From: Acidobacteriota bacterium
Lineage (GTDB): Bacteria; Acidobacteriota; Aminicenantia; UBA2199
DNA: 64,000 nt
Reading direction: 5' to 3'
Assembly (NCBI GenBank): GCA_022711715.1
Contig: JAKLEC010000002.1
Coordinates: forward strand, 5,881-69,880
Part shown: positions 1-9,728 of the stretch, piece by piece
How the letters are laid out: each line of letters begins with the position of its first letter
How positions within the stretch are numbered: the first letter of the stretch is position 1
The notes under the pieces: generated by a model
The model's input: the letters and a program-made list of their open reading frames with translations, nothing else
The model's database searches: none
Told to the model about the DNA's origin: nothing
Translations under genes and position numbers: made by a program

Positions 1-2446
1 CCCTGTCGAGGCGGGCGCCGTATTCGGCGGCCCGCTCGTCGTCCAGCGTCGATCCCCGGTAGCGCCCTTCCTGGCGCCTGCGGGCCAGGCGCCGGCGCCG
101 GGCCAGCAGTCCCGCGGCCGTTGTCCCGGCAACGCCCAGCAGCAACAGGGCGACGCCGGCGCCGGAGAGAAGGGGCGGCGCGATCGCGAAGTGGTAGACG
201 GCTTCGTCCCGGCTCCAGCCGCCTCCTGCGCCGCGGGCGCGGACGCGGATGGCATACTCCCCGGAGGACATGCCGGACATGCTGCGCCCGCCCTGACGTG
301 CCGGCGCGCTCCAGTCCGTTTCGAGCCCCTCCAGCCGGGTGGCGAACTCCACCTGCTGCGGGTCGGCGAAGGACGCCGCGGAAAAGCGGAAATCGAGGCG
401 CCGGGTGCCGGCCGGCAGGAGAACCCCGTCCTCGGGGGCAAGGGTGATGCCGTCGGCCCGGACCGTCTCGATGCGCGGCACCGGCGGGGAAGGCGGGGCG
501 GCCAAGCCGGCCGGGTTTATCTCGACCAGGCCATTCTGCGTCGGGAACCACAGGCGGCCGCTTTTGTCGCGGCAGGCGGCGGGCTGGAAGCCGCCGGAGC
601 AGACGGTGCTCCTCAGCCCCGCCATCTCCCCGAAAAGGCGGCAGCGGACGCCGAGCCCCTCCCGCGCGGCGGCCGTCTCCAGTTCCCCGGCCCGGACGCT
701 GAGGATCCCGGTCAGCGTGCTCATCCACAGGCCTCCGCCGCCGTCCTCGAGGATCGCCAGGATGGAGCCATTCAGCGGGCCGCCGGCCCGGCGGAAGGAG
801 TGGAACCGCTCATGGCGGAAAAGCCCCAGCCCGTTGTCGGTTCCGAGCCAGACGTTGCCCCCGGTGTCGGCATGGACGGCGTAGACCGTGTCGCCGGCGA
901 GCCCGTCTGCGGCGGAAAAGCGGCGCCAGGCGCCGCGGTCAAGGACCTGGACCCCCTGGCGGACGCTGCCGGCCCACAGGCGCCCCCGGCGGTCCTCGGC
1001 CAGCGAGGTGATGATCTCCCCCCGCAGCCCCGAGACCGGCCCGTAATGCCGCCAGCTTCCGTCCTCCAGGCAGTCCAGGCCGCCGCCGTCCGTTCCCGCC
1101 CACAGCCGGCCCCGGCTGTCGCGGAGGAGCGACAGCACCGGCTTCCCGGCCGCGCCTCCGCGCGGGTCGCCGCGGATGAACTTCCCGTCCTCCATGAGCT
1201 GCAGCCCCGCCTCCATGGTGCCAATCCACAGCCGGCCGGGGCCGTCGGCCAGCAGGGAGGTGACGAAGCCGCCCGAAAGGCCGTCGCGCCCCAGGAAGGA
1301 GCGCCAGGCGTTGTTCTCGCGCCGGCCGAGGCCCTGGCCGCGCGTGCCGGCCCAGAAGCGGCCCTGGCCGTCCTGGCAGACGGCGGTGACCTGCGAGCCG
1401 GGCAGCCCCTCCTCGGGGCCGTGCACCCGGGCTTCGTTGCGCCGCCAGTAGCCCAGCCCGGCGGCGGCGAAACCGACCCACATGCCGTCCTCGCGGTCGC
1501 GGCAGATGGCCATGACGGCGCCGCGGTCCAGGCCCTCCGGGACGGCGCAGGCCGGCGCGCTTCCGGGCTCCATGACGGTCACTCCCTTGTCGGTGCCGAT
1601 CCAGATCCGTCCCAGCGGGTCCTCGTTGATGGTGCGCACCAGGTCTCCGGCCAGGCCGTCGGCAACGGTGAAGCGGCGGATGCCGGCGGCGTCCACCCGG
1701 CTCAGGCCGGTCGTGGTGCCCACCCACAGGCTGCCGCCTCGGTCGACGAACAGGCAATAGACGTCGTCGCCGGCCAGGCCGTCGCGGCGGCGGATGATGG
1801 CCTGCCGCCCGTTGCGGATGGCCGCCAGCCCGCCGTGCGTCCCGATCCATAGCACGTCCTTCTCGCTGCCGGCGATGGCTGTGACCCGCCCGCCGGGAAG
1901 GCCGTCGATGAGCGCCCGGGCCGGCGGCCGCCCCTCCTCCAGGAAGGATACTTCGCCCTCGGCCGATACGATCCATAGCGCTCCGCCGTCTTCGCGGTGC
2001 AGGCACCAGATGCGATCGGCGGCCAGGCCGGCGATGCGGGTGAAGCGCCCGCGGCGCTGCCGGGCAAGCCCGCCGCCGAACGTCCCCGCCCAGACGGAGC
2101 CATCGGGACCGGCGGCGAGGGCGGTGACCGAGTCGCTGGCCAGCCCAGGCGTCGTGCCCCGGCGGAAAGCCGTGAAGGCGGCGCCGTCGAAGCGCGCCAC
2201 GCCCCCCTCGCCGCCGATCCACAGGCAGCCGTCAACGGCCTGGGCCAGGGCATACACCGTGTCCTGCGGCAGGCCGTCGCGGGTGGTCCAGGCACGGCGC
2301 ACCCAGCGGTCGTATTCCGCCTTCAGCGCCGGGCTGGCGGCCGGGAACAGGGGGGCGGAGACCGCCAGCAGCAGCGACAGGACGGTCGCCGCCCCATGCG
2401 GACGGCGCGGGCGCGCGGGCGCCGGTACTGGTTTTCCCTTGGGCAT
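1..2446 (-). CDS. Beta-propeller (two-component regulator propeller / Y_Y_Y type) transmembrane sensor protein; C-terminal part cut by window edge
   Basis: Minus-strand frame is open from the ATG at 2446 to the window edge, so it is absent from the ORF track (no stop in window). My own translation starts MPKGKPVPAPARPRRPHGAATVLSLLLAV, which looks like a signal peptide. It continues with repeated blades (AVDGCLWIGG, GSVWAGTFGGG, DVLWIGTHGG, GSLWVGTTTG, GRIWIGTDKG). A hydrophobic helix (APPLLSGAGVALLLLGVAG) plus RRRR stop-transfer lies near 60-190. Paralogous to 44816..47956. Confidence 0.8.
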   Translation of the reverse strand, partial: MPKGKPVPAPARPRRPHGAATVLSLLLAVSAPLFPAASPALKAEYDRWVRRAWTTRDGLPQDTVYALAQAVDGCLWIGGEGGVARFDGAAFTAFRRGTTPGLASDSVTALAAGPDGSVWAGTFGGGLARQRRGRFTRIAGLAADRIWCLHREDGGALWIVSAEGEVSFLEEGRPPARALIDGLPGGRVTAIAGSEKDVLWIGTHGGLAAIRNGRQAIIRRRDGLAGDDVYCLFVDRGGSLWVGTTTGLSRVDAAGIRRFTVADGLAGDLVRTINEDPLGRIWIGTDKGVTVMEPGSAPACAVPEGLDRGAVMAICRDREDGMWVGFAAAGLGYWRRNEARVHGPEEGLPGSQVTAVCQDGQGRFWAGTRGQGLGRRENNAWRSFLGRDGLSGGFVTSLLADGPGRLWIGTMEAGLQLMEDGKFIRGDPRGGAAGKPVLSLLRDSRGRLWAGTDGGGLDCLEDGSWRHYGPVSGLRGEIITSLAEDRRGRLWAGSVRQGVQVLDRGAWRRFSAADGLAGDTVYAVHADTGGNVWLGTDNGLGLFRHERFHSFRRAGGPLNGSILAILEDGGGGLWMSTLTGILSVRAGELETAAAREGLGVRCRLFGEMAGLRSTVCSGGFQPAACRDKSGRLWFPTQNGLVEINPAGLAAPPSPPVPRIETVRADGITLAPEDGVLLPAGTRRLDFRFSAASFADPQQVEFATRLEGLETDWSAPARQGGRSMSGMSSGEYAIRVRARGAGGGWSRDEAVYHFAIAPPLLSGAGVALLLLGVAGTTAAGLLARRRRLARRRQEGRYRGSTLDDERAAEYGARLDR

Positions 2447-2493
2447 TTCCCTGTTTTTATAGTCGACGCGGACGGCGGTGTCAAGGAATCCTT

Positions 2494-2522
2494 TTGACAT
2501 GGTCGGCCCTCGTTGCTATCAT
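2494..2522 (+). promoter_or_regulatory. Sigma70-like promoter for the TMEM175-like gene
   Basis: TTGACA (2494-2499), 17-nt spacer, TATCAT (2517-2522) preceded by TGC; AGGAG Shine-Dalgarno before the ATG at 2570. Confidence 0.45.
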
Positions 2523-2569
2523 AATCCCGCGCCGTCCCGGGCCAGCGCGATCGCGAAAAGGAGCGGACC

Positions 2570-3142
2570 ATGACAGCCAAGGAAAAATCGCCTTTCGACA
2601 CGAACATCAGCAAGAACCGGCTTGAGTTCCTGTTCGACGGCATCTTCGCCATCGCCATGACCATCCTGGTTCTGGAGCTGAAGCTCCCCGAGCAGATCCA
2701 CGACAAGAGGTCGGTCGACGAACTGGGACAGGCCCTGCTGCACCATTGGCGTACCTTCCTGAGTTACATCATCAGCTTCGTCATCCTCAGCGGCTTCTGG
2801 ATCGGCCACAATACGCTGTACGCCAAGCTGGCGCGCATCACCAAGGCCATCCTGGCCATCCATGTCTGGCTTTTGGTCTGGGCCGCGTTCATCCCCTTCT
2901 GCGCCCATCTGCTGGGCCGCTACCCGAGCAACCCGGCCGCCTTCGCGGTCTACCTGTCGACGGCCTTCGCCTATGCCGTTGGGCTGCTGGCGCTGATCAT
3001 CACGGCGGACCGGCAGAAGGCGTTTGACGCCACGGTGTCGGCCGTCGACGTGCGCCGGCTGCGGCGCGGGCTCATCCGCTCGCTGATCGGCATGGTTTTT
3101 CTCATCCTGTACAACGTCTTCATCATGCCGGTCCTGAGGTAG
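2570..3142 (+). CDS. TMEM175/DUF1211-family membrane protein (putative K+ channel)
   Basis: 190 aa. N-terminal RLEFLFDGIFAIAMTILVLEL matches the family signature helix (RxxxFSDGxxAIxxTLLVLE); further hydrophobic helices follow. Confidence 0.8.
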   Translation: MTAKEKSPFDTNISKNRLEFLFDGIFAIAMTILVLELKLPEQIHDKRSVDELGQALLHHWRTFLSYIISFVILSGFWIGHNTLYAKLARITKAILAIHVWLLVWAAFIPFCAHLLGRYPSNPAAFAVYLSTAFAYAVGLLALIITADRQKAFDATVSAVDVRRLRRGLIRSLIGMVFLILYNVFIMPVLR

Positions 3143-3152
3143 GCGGCGCCCG

Positions 3153-4052
3153 ATGGTCGCCGTGATCCGCAGCGAGCGGCTGGCGAAGTGGTACGGCCGC
3201 CATCCCGGCATCATCGACGTCGACCTCGAGGTGAACGCCGGCGAAGTGTTCGGCTACCTGGGGCCGAACGGCGCCGGCAAGACCACCACCATCCGCCTGC
3301 TGATGGACTTCCTGCGCGCCGACGGGGGGAAGGCCGAGATCTTCGGCCTCGACTCGCGCCGGGACAGCGTCGCCATACGCCGGCGTACCGGCTTCCTGCC
3401 CGGCGACGTGCGGCTGTACGAGGGCCTGAAGGGGAGCGAGTACCTGCGGTTCTTCGCCGCCCTGCGCGGCGGGGTCGACCGGCCGTACGTCGCGGAGCTG
3501 GCCGAGCGCCTCTCCTGCCCGCTCGAGCGCCCGATCGGCTCCCTGTCGCAGGGCAACCGGCGCAAGATCGGCCTGATCCAGGCCTTCATGCACCGGCCGG
3601 ACCTGCTTATCCTCGACGAGCCCACCAGCGGCCTCGACCCCATCGTGCGCCATGAGTTCTTCGCGCTGATCGCCGAGGCCCGCGGGCGGGGCCGGACCGT
3701 CTTCTTCTCCTCGCACAACCTTCCCGAGGTGGAGCGCGCCTGCGACCGGGTGGCCATCATCCGCAGCGGGCGCATCGCCGCCGTCGAACGCATCGAGGCC
3801 CTCAAGGCCCGCTCGCTGCGCCGGCTGGAGATCCGTTTCGCCGAGGACGTCACGCCGGGCGCCTTCGCCGCCGTCGCCGGGCTGGAGATCGCCGCCCTGG
3901 ATGCACGCACGCTGAAGGGGAGACAGCGGGGGAGCATGGACTCCCTGCTGAAGGCGCTCTCGCGCTACCGGGTCGTCGACTTCCGCAGCCAGGAGCCCGA
4001 CCTGGAGGAGATTTTCCTCGCCTATTATGGGGAGGACGGCCATGCTCAATAG
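3153..4052 (+). CDS. ABC transporter ATP-binding protein (ABC-2 type)
   Basis: Walker A GPNGAGKTT, signature LSQGNRRKIGL, Walker B LLILDEPTSGLD. Confidence 0.92.
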   Translation: MVAVIRSERLAKWYGRHPGIIDVDLEVNAGEVFGYLGPNGAGKTTTIRLLMDFLRADGGKAEIFGLDSRRDSVAIRRRTGFLPGDVRLYEGLKGSEYLRFFAALRGGVDRPYVAELAERLSCPLERPIGSLSQGNRRKIGLIQAFMHRPDLLILDEPTSGLDPIVRHEFFALIAEARGRGRTVFFSSHNLPEVERACDRVAIIRSGRIAAVERIEALKARSLRRLEIRFAEDVTPGAFAAVAGLEIAALDARTLKGRQRGSMDSLLKALSRYRVVDFRSQEPDLEEIFLAYYGEDGHAQ

Positions 4053-4839
4053 CCTCTTCGGCAAGACCCTGCGTGACCAGCGCGGGGCCCTGCTGGGCTG
4101 GGCCGTCGGGCTGGCGCTGCTGGCGCTTTACCTGGCCTGGATTTTCCCTTTCGTCAACAAGGCCGCGGAGATGATGAAGGTGCTGGAGAAGCTCCCCCCG
4201 GTGCTCAAGAACCTGATCGGCAAGAACCAATTCATGGCCACGCCGGAAGGCTTCTTCAACCTGCAGCCCTTCTCCATCCTGCTGCCCCTGTTGTTCGTCG
4301 TCTTCGCCCTCGCCCGCGGCAGCGACGCCACCGCCGGCGAGGAGGAACGCGGCACGCTCGACCTGCTGCTGGCCAACCCGCTGCCGCGCTGGCGGCTGGT
4401 CGCGGAAAAGTCCCTGGCCCACGGCGCGGCGCTGCTGGCGCTGTCGGCCTGGTTCTGGCTGGCGCTGCTCGCCTCCACCCGCTCCTTCGGTATCGCCCTG
4501 GACGCCGGGCGACTTGCCGCCGTGACCTTCGGCTGCTGGCTGCTGGGCATGGTCTTCTATTCCCTGGCCCTGGCTTGGGGCTGCTGGCGGGGGAGCAAGA
4601 AATCCAGCATCGGCGTCGGCGGCGGCGTGGCGGTGGTGACGTTCCTGATCAATGCCTACGCGCCGATGGTGGAGCGTCTGCGGCCCTGGCGCGTCCTCTC
4701 CCCCTTCTACTACTACAACGGGAACAACGTCCTGAGCCGCGGCGCTGTCGCGGCCCACGTCCTCGTTCTGGCGGGGCTCACGGCGCTGCTGTTCGCCGTC
4801 GCCCTGGCCGTCTTCTCGCGGCGGGACCTGCGGGCGTAG
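4042..4839 (+). CDS. ABC-2 family transporter permease
   Basis: Polytopic hydrophobic protein directly coupled to the ATPase gene. I prefer the ATG at 4042 (MLNSLFGKTL), which has GGGGAGGA 6-7 nt upstream, over the track start at 4027. Confidence 0.75.
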   Translation: MLNSLFGKTLRDQRGALLGWAVGLALLALYLAWIFPFVNKAAEMMKVLEKLPPVLKNLIGKNQFMATPEGFFNLQPFSILLPLLFVVFALARGSDATAGEEERGTLDLLLANPLPRWRLVAEKSLAHGAALLALSAWFWLALLASTRSFGIALDAGRLAAVTFGCWLLGMVFYSLALAWGCWRGSKKSSIGVGGGVAVVTFLINAYAPMVERLRPWRVLSPFYYYNGNNVLSRGAVAAHVLVLAGLTALLFAVALAVFSRRDLRA

Positions 4840-4845
4840 CCCAGG

Positions 4846-5526
4846 CTATTTCTCGAGGGCGATCTTCAGCTCGGCTTTCTCCTGTTTCGGGACGGTGACC
4901 TCCCGGACGCAGGGGGCGTACCCCGGCTTGAAGGCGGCGAGGGCGTACTTCCCCGGCGGCAGGCGCAGCACCATGAACCGGCCCGCGGCCGGAGCCACTC
5001 CCCAGAAGCGCCCGTCGATATAGACCGCGGCCTCCTCCGGGATGACGGTCAGCGCCACCTCGACGAGAAAACGCTCCTCGCCGGCGGGGCGCGGCGGGGG
5101 CAGCGGCGGCAGGGGCTCGCTTTCGGCCTCGTAGGCCTGATCCTGCCCGGCGGCGGCGGGCGGCGTGCCGGGCGCCGCCGCCGCGGAGGGCGATGCCCCG
5201 GCCGCGGGCGCGAGCTCCACGCGCAGCGTGATGCGGCGCGAGGGATAGTCGCGCAGGTCGACGACCTTTTCGCTGAATCCCTTCCGGCGGAACGCCAGCT
5301 CGTTCGCCCGCGAGGCCAGGCGCAGGGCCGCGCGCGAGTCGGCGTACTCGTAGGCGGCGCCGATGAAGCGGCCGTTGAGCAGGACGTCGGCATCGTCGGG
5401 GGTGACCCGCATCACCACGCGCACGCCGTCATAGTCGTCCATGGTTTCCCAGGGGATGTGGAAGGCGCAGGCCGCGCCGGCCCCGGCCAGCAATGCGATG
5501 ACCAGTGCAAGTCGTATGCTTTTCAT
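4846..5526 (-). CDS. PEGA-domain secreted protein / possible lipoprotein
   Basis: Track ORF 4846..5664 trimmed to MKSIRLALVIALLAGAGAACAF (signal peptide with Cys). Two PEGA-like modules (ADVLLNGRFIGAAY...; AAVYIDGRFWGVAP...LPPGKYALAAFKPGYAP) are separated by an Ala/Pro-rich linker. Confidence 0.7.
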   Translation of the reverse strand: MKSIRLALVIALLAGAGAACAFHIPWETMDDYDGVRVVMRVTPDDADVLLNGRFIGAAYEYADSRAALRLASRANELAFRRKGFSEKVVDLRDYPSRRITLRVELAPAAGASPSAAAAPGTPPAAAGQDQAYEAESEPLPPLPPPRPAGEERFLVEVALTVIPEEAAVYIDGRFWGVAPAAGRFMVLRLPPGKYALAAFKPGYAPCVREVTVPKQEKAELKIALEK

Positions 5527-5624
5527 GCCCACATGGTAGCACAAACCGCGGGGCCCTGCACGCCGCCGCGGCGGCGCGCGGCGGTTGCGTGCACCGGCGA
5601 AACATGGTACATTGGGCCCTGGCA

Positions 5625-7787
5625 ATGAGAAGCGCAGCTTTTTTCTGCTTTTTCGCCCTGGCATTCGTCCCCACCGGGGCGCTGCCCGCCCGGAGCGGCA
5701 GCGACGACCCGGTGATCCTCGCCGACCAGAAAACCATCGGCGAGGAGTCCATGCGCGCCGCCGGCCACGTGGAGATCCTCTGGCAGGGCAGCGCGGTGTA
5801 CGCCGACGCCATCGACTTCAACCTGAAAACGCGCGAGTTGTTCGCCGAGGGGCGGGTGACCATGACCGATGGCGACATGGTCCTCAGCGGCGAAAAGCTG
5901 GTGTTCAACCTGAAGACGCAGAAGGGCGAGCTGCTCGACGCCTACGGCCTGGCGAGCCCCACCGTCCGCTACCAGACCGACCGGCTGCAACAGACCGACC
6001 GCGAAACGCTGGCCTTCCGCCGCCTGGAATTCTCCTCCTGCGCCCAGATCTTTCCGCGCTGGCGCATCAACGGCCGCTCCGGGCGCATCAAGAAGGACCG
6101 CTACATCGAGATCCGCGGAGCCGTGCTGCGCCTCAAGAGCGTGCCGGTCTTCTACCTGCCCTACCTGCGCTACCCGCTGCGCAAGGACGGACGGGCCACC
6201 GGGCTGCTCTTCCCCGGCATCGGCAGCTCGACCCTGCAGGGATTCTTCCTGAAGAACGCCTTCTTCTGGGCCGTCAAGCCCAACGTCGACACCACCCTGG
6301 GCCTCGATTACTTCTCCAAGCTGGGCTGGGGGATCAGCGACGAGCTGCGCTACCTTTTCCGCCGCGCCAGCGGCAGCGCCCGCTTCTACTACTTCCGCTA
6401 TCGCGCCGGCAACGGTGTCTACAACCTGACCGACTCCGACTACTACGTGGACGCCGAGCATCAGCAGGAGCTGCCCTTCCTGAACACGCGCCTGCTGCTG
6501 AACGTCAACCGCCAGAGCCGACCCGCCTTCCTGCGCCTGTTCGACAGCGCCTTCGACCGGGTCAAGTCGGCGAATTTCCAGACCGCCCTGACCCTCACCT
6601 CCTCTTTCCGCAATGTGCAGCTATCCGCCTCTGCCTCGCGGCGCGACACCTACTACGTGTTCAAGGACACGTCGCGGGTCGAAGAGCAGCTTCCTTCGCT
6701 CGCGCTGAGCTTGAACCAGCAGAAGCTCGGCCCGCTGCCCGGCTACCTGTCGCTGAACGCGGGTTTCCTGAGAACGAGGCTTGGCGGCGTGAGCTACGAT
6801 GAGGACCCTGAACTGATCGCCGGGCTGTGGAGCCAGCGCCTGTCTCTCACCCCCTCCTACCAGCTGCCGCTGCTGCGACTGCCCTGGCTGAGCGGCTCGC
6901 TTGACCTGAATTCCTTGAACGTCTTCTATGATCAGAGCCTCGACCCGAATACCAAGGAAATCGTCGACCAACCGGTCTATGTCCGCTCGCAGACGGTTTC
7001 CTTCAGCCTGACCGGGCCGATCTTCGGCCGCATATTCGGCTCCGGCCAGGGCCGATGGAAGCACGTCATCGAGCCGCAGTTCTTCGTCCGCTACGCCAGC
7101 GACTCCGTGAACATCGATCGCGTCGTCAAGGTGAGCAGCTCGGATTATCCTCCCTATTCCTACGCCGGCTTCCGGCTGACGACCCGGCTGCTGACCCGGG
7201 GCGGCAGCAACGCCGCCGGCGCCGCCGCCGGCGCCAGCGAGCTCCTCTCCTATACCATCGGCCAGCAGTACTATTTCGATCCCGCCGCCGCCAACCTGAA
7301 CCGCAAGATCAACGGCGAGTACCCGGTCTTCTCCGACCTGAACCAGACCCTGCGCCTGCGCCTCAGCTCCGCTTTCGTGCTGGATGCCAGCGCCGAATAC
7401 AACCACTATATCCGCGGCCTGAGGGTGTTCAACCTGCGCGCCGGCTATGACCGCCCGGGGGCGCCGCTGACCGGCTCGTTCTCCTACAACATCTACCGCA
7501 ACCCCTACCAGAGAGCCAACTTCGAGCTGAACCGCCGCCAGCTGGCGGGGACGCTGCGGCTCGACGTGGCGGGCTTCCCGCTGAAGCTCGACTCGCGCGT
7601 CGAGTACGATCTCACCGAGAAGCGCCTGCTGCTTGGCGCCCTGAACGTCGGCTTCGACTTCCAGTGTCTGCTGCTCAGGGCCGAGATCCGCTTCTATTCC
7701 TGGATGGGCCAGAACGAAACCCAGTTCCAGTTCGGCGTGTCGCTGGGCGAACTGGGCATGGTCGGCAATTTTTTCGGAGGCAAATGA
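5625..7787 (+). CDS. lptD: LPS-assembly outer-membrane protein LptD (OstA family)
   Basis: Signal peptide MRSAAFFCFFALAFVPTGALPA. OstA-like N-terminal domain (ADQKTIGEE...AAGHVEILWQGSAVYADAIDFNLKTRELFAEGRVTM) followed by a large beta-barrel-like region (FYLPYLRYPL..., aromatic-rich, ends ...GMVGNFFGGK). Confidence 0.85.
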   Translation: MRSAAFFCFFALAFVPTGALPARSGSDDPVILADQKTIGEESMRAAGHVEILWQGSAVYADAIDFNLKTRELFAEGRVTMTDGDMVLSGEKLVFNLKTQKGELLDAYGLASPTVRYQTDRLQQTDRETLAFRRLEFSSCAQIFPRWRINGRSGRIKKDRYIEIRGAVLRLKSVPVFYLPYLRYPLRKDGRATGLLFPGIGSSTLQGFFLKNAFFWAVKPNVDTTLGLDYFSKLGWGISDELRYLFRRASGSARFYYFRYRAGNGVYNLTDSDYYVDAEHQQELPFLNTRLLLNVNRQSRPAFLRLFDSAFDRVKSANFQTALTLTSSFRNVQLSASASRRDTYYVFKDTSRVEEQLPSLALSLNQQKLGPLPGYLSLNAGFLRTRLGGVSYDEDPELIAGLWSQRLSLTPSYQLPLLRLPWLSGSLDLNSLNVFYDQSLDPNTKEIVDQPVYVRSQTVSFSLTGPIFGRIFGSGQGRWKHVIEPQFFVRYASDSVNIDRVVKVSSSDYPPYSYAGFRLTTRLLTRGGSNAAGAAAGASELLSYTIGQQYYFDPAAANLNRKINGEYPVFSDLNQTLRLRLSSAFVLDASAEYNHYIRGLRVFNLRAGYDRPGAPLTGSFSYNIYRNPYQRANFELNRRQLAGTLRLDVAGFPLKLDSRVEYDLTEKRLLLGALNVGFDFQCLLLRAEIRFYSWMGQNETQFQFGVSLGELGMVGNFFGGK

Positions 7788-8800
7788 TGCAACGCGACGG
7801 CCGCGACGTGCGCCGGATCCTGGTCACCGGCGGGGCCGGCTTCATCGGCAGCAACTTCATCCGCCATGTCCATGAGCACCACCCGCACATCGAGCTGGTC
7901 AACCTGGACATGCTGACGTACGCCGGCAACCTGGAGAACCTGGAGGGGGTAGCGGGGCGCTACGCCTTCGTGCAGGGCGACATCCGCAATCCGCAGGACG
8001 CGGCCCGGGCCATGGCCGGCGTGGACGTCGTAGTCAACTTCGCCGCCGAGACGCACGTCGACCGCTCCATCCACGACCCCGGTGACTTTATCCTCACCGA
8101 CGTCTACGGCGTCTACGTCCTGCTGGAGGCGATGAAGGGCTGCGGCGTGCGGCTCTTCATCCACGTCTCCACCGACGAGGTCTACGGCAGTACCGCCGCG
8201 GGCCGCTTCGACGAGGAGAGCCCGCTGAACCCCTCGTCGCCCTACTCGGCTTCCAAGGCCGGCGGCGACCGCCTGGCCTACTCCTATTTCGTGACCTACG
8301 GCCTGCCGGTGCTCATCGCCCGGCCGGCCAACAATTACGGCCCCTACCAGTACCCGGAAAAGCTGATCCCCTTCTTTATCACCCGGGCGCTGCAGGACCA
8401 GCCGCTGCCGCTCTACGGCGACGGCGGCAACCGCCGCGACTGGCTCTTCGTCGAGGACACGGTGCGCGGGCTGCTGGCGCTCATGGAGCGAGGCGAACCC
8501 GGCCAGGCCTACAACCTGGGCGCCGGCCAGGAGCGCAGCAACCTTGAGGTGACCCGCGCCATCCTCACCCTGCTGGGCAAGCCCGAGTCGCTGGTGCAGC
8601 GGGTGGCCGACCGCAAGGGGCACGACTTCCGGTACGCCCTGGAGTGGGGGAAGATGCGCGCCCTGGGCTGGGAGCCGCGGGTGGAGTTCGACGCCGGCTT
8701 GCGCCGCACCGTCGAGTGGTACCGGCGGAACGAGGCTTGGTGGCGCAAGCTGATCGCCAAGAAGGATTACCTCGGTCACCTGAAAAAAAATTATGAGTAG
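7784..8800 (+). CDS. rfbB: dTDP-glucose 4,6-dehydratase
   Basis: Start MMQRDG overlaps the lptD stop. Motifs: ILVTGGAGFIGSNF Rossmann motif, NFAAETHVDRS, STDEVYG, YSASK (YxxxK). Confidence 0.9.
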   Translation: MMQRDGRDVRRILVTGGAGFIGSNFIRHVHEHHPHIELVNLDMLTYAGNLENLEGVAGRYAFVQGDIRNPQDAARAMAGVDVVVNFAAETHVDRSIHDPGDFILTDVYGVYVLLEAMKGCGVRLFIHVSTDEVYGSTAAGRFDEESPLNPSSPYSASKAGGDRLAYSYFVTYGLPVLIARPANNYGPYQYPEKLIPFFITRALQDQPLPLYGDGGNRRDWLFVEDTVRGLLALMERGEPGQAYNLGAGQERSNLEVTRAILTLLGKPESLVQRVADRKGHDFRYALEWGKMRALGWEPRVEFDAGLRRTVEWYRRNEAWWRKLIAKKDYLGHLKKNYE

Positions 8801-9728
8801 AGTGCTGGTCACCGGCTGCTCGGGTTTCCTGGCCTCGCACCTTCTGCCGCGGCTGCTGGAGGAGGGAACGAACAAGGTCTTCGGCATCACCGAGGTGCCC
8901 GGCTTCACCTATCCCGACGTCGAAGTGTTCCAGGTGGACATCCGCCGCCGCGACGACATCGCCCAGATGCTGGAGATCATCCGCCCCGATGTCACCTATC
9001 ACCTGGCAGCGGTGGCCAACGTCGGCTTCACCTGGAAGAACCCCGAGCTGACCTATGAGGTCAACTTCATGGGCACCTCGAACCTGCTGGAGGCGCTGCA
9101 GGCATCGGCGCCCGACTCGCGCCTGCTGCTGATGAGCTCGGCGGAGGTGTACCAGGCGGCCGGCGGCGAGCCCTTCCGCGAGTCGAGCCCCACCGCGCCG
9201 CAGAACCCCTATGCGCTGTCCAAGCTGGCCATGGAGATGCTGGGCGACCTCTACGGCCGGGCGTTCGCCATGAAGGCCTGCATGGTGCGCGCCTTCAACT
9301 TCACCGGCCCCGGCCAGGACCGGCGCTTCGTGGCCTCGGATTTCGCCAGCCAGGTGGCGGGCATCGAGCGCGGCGCGACGGCTCCCGTCATCCGCGTCGG
9401 CAACCTGGAGGCCGAGCGTGATTTTTCCGACGTGCGCGACGTGGCGCGCTGGCTGCCGGCCATCGCCGCCGGCGCCCGCCCCGGCGAGGTAGTCAACGCC
9501 TGCTCGGGGCGGGCCGTCTCCATCCGCCGCATCCTCGACATCCTGCTGGCGGCGGCGCGCGTCCCCATCCGCGTCGAGACAGACCCGGCCCGCTTCCGGC
9601 CGCTGGACAACCCGGTCCTGCGCGGCGACCCGGGGCGACTGCGCCGGCGCTTCGGACTGGGACCGGAGATCCCGCTCGAGCGCACCCTGGGCGACCTGCT
9701 GGAGTACTGGCGCGGGCAGACGGCATGA
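8793..9728 (+). CDS. NAD-dependent epimerase/dehydratase family protein (GDP-sugar reductase-like)
   Basis: VLVTGCSGFLASHL Rossmann motif, YALSK catalytic YxxxK; start overlaps the rfbB stop. Confidence 0.8.
   Translation: MSRVLVTGCSGFLASHLLPRLLEEGTNKVFGITEVPGFTYPDVEVFQVDIRRRDDIAQMLEIIRPDVTYHLAAVANVGFTWKNPELTYEVNFMGTSNLLEALQASAPDSRLLLMSSAEVYQAAGGEPFRESSPTAPQNPYALSKLAMEMLGDLYGRAFAMKACMVRAFNFTGPGQDRRFVASDFASQVAGIERGATAPVIRVGNLEAERDFSDVRDVARWLPAIAAGARPGEVVNACSGRAVSIRRILDILLAAARVPIRVETDPARFRPLDNPVLRGDPGRLRRRFGLGPEIPLERTLGDLLEYWRGQTA

Noticed and set aside
191-2295. Long ORFs in the track over the first 2.4 kb (191..1852 +, 939..2222 -, 1702..2295 -)
   Set aside because: They are Arg/Ala/Gly/Pro-rich low-complexity translations. 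The minus-strand frame open from 2446 to the window edge gives clean propeller repeats and explains the region. These are high-GC shadow frames.
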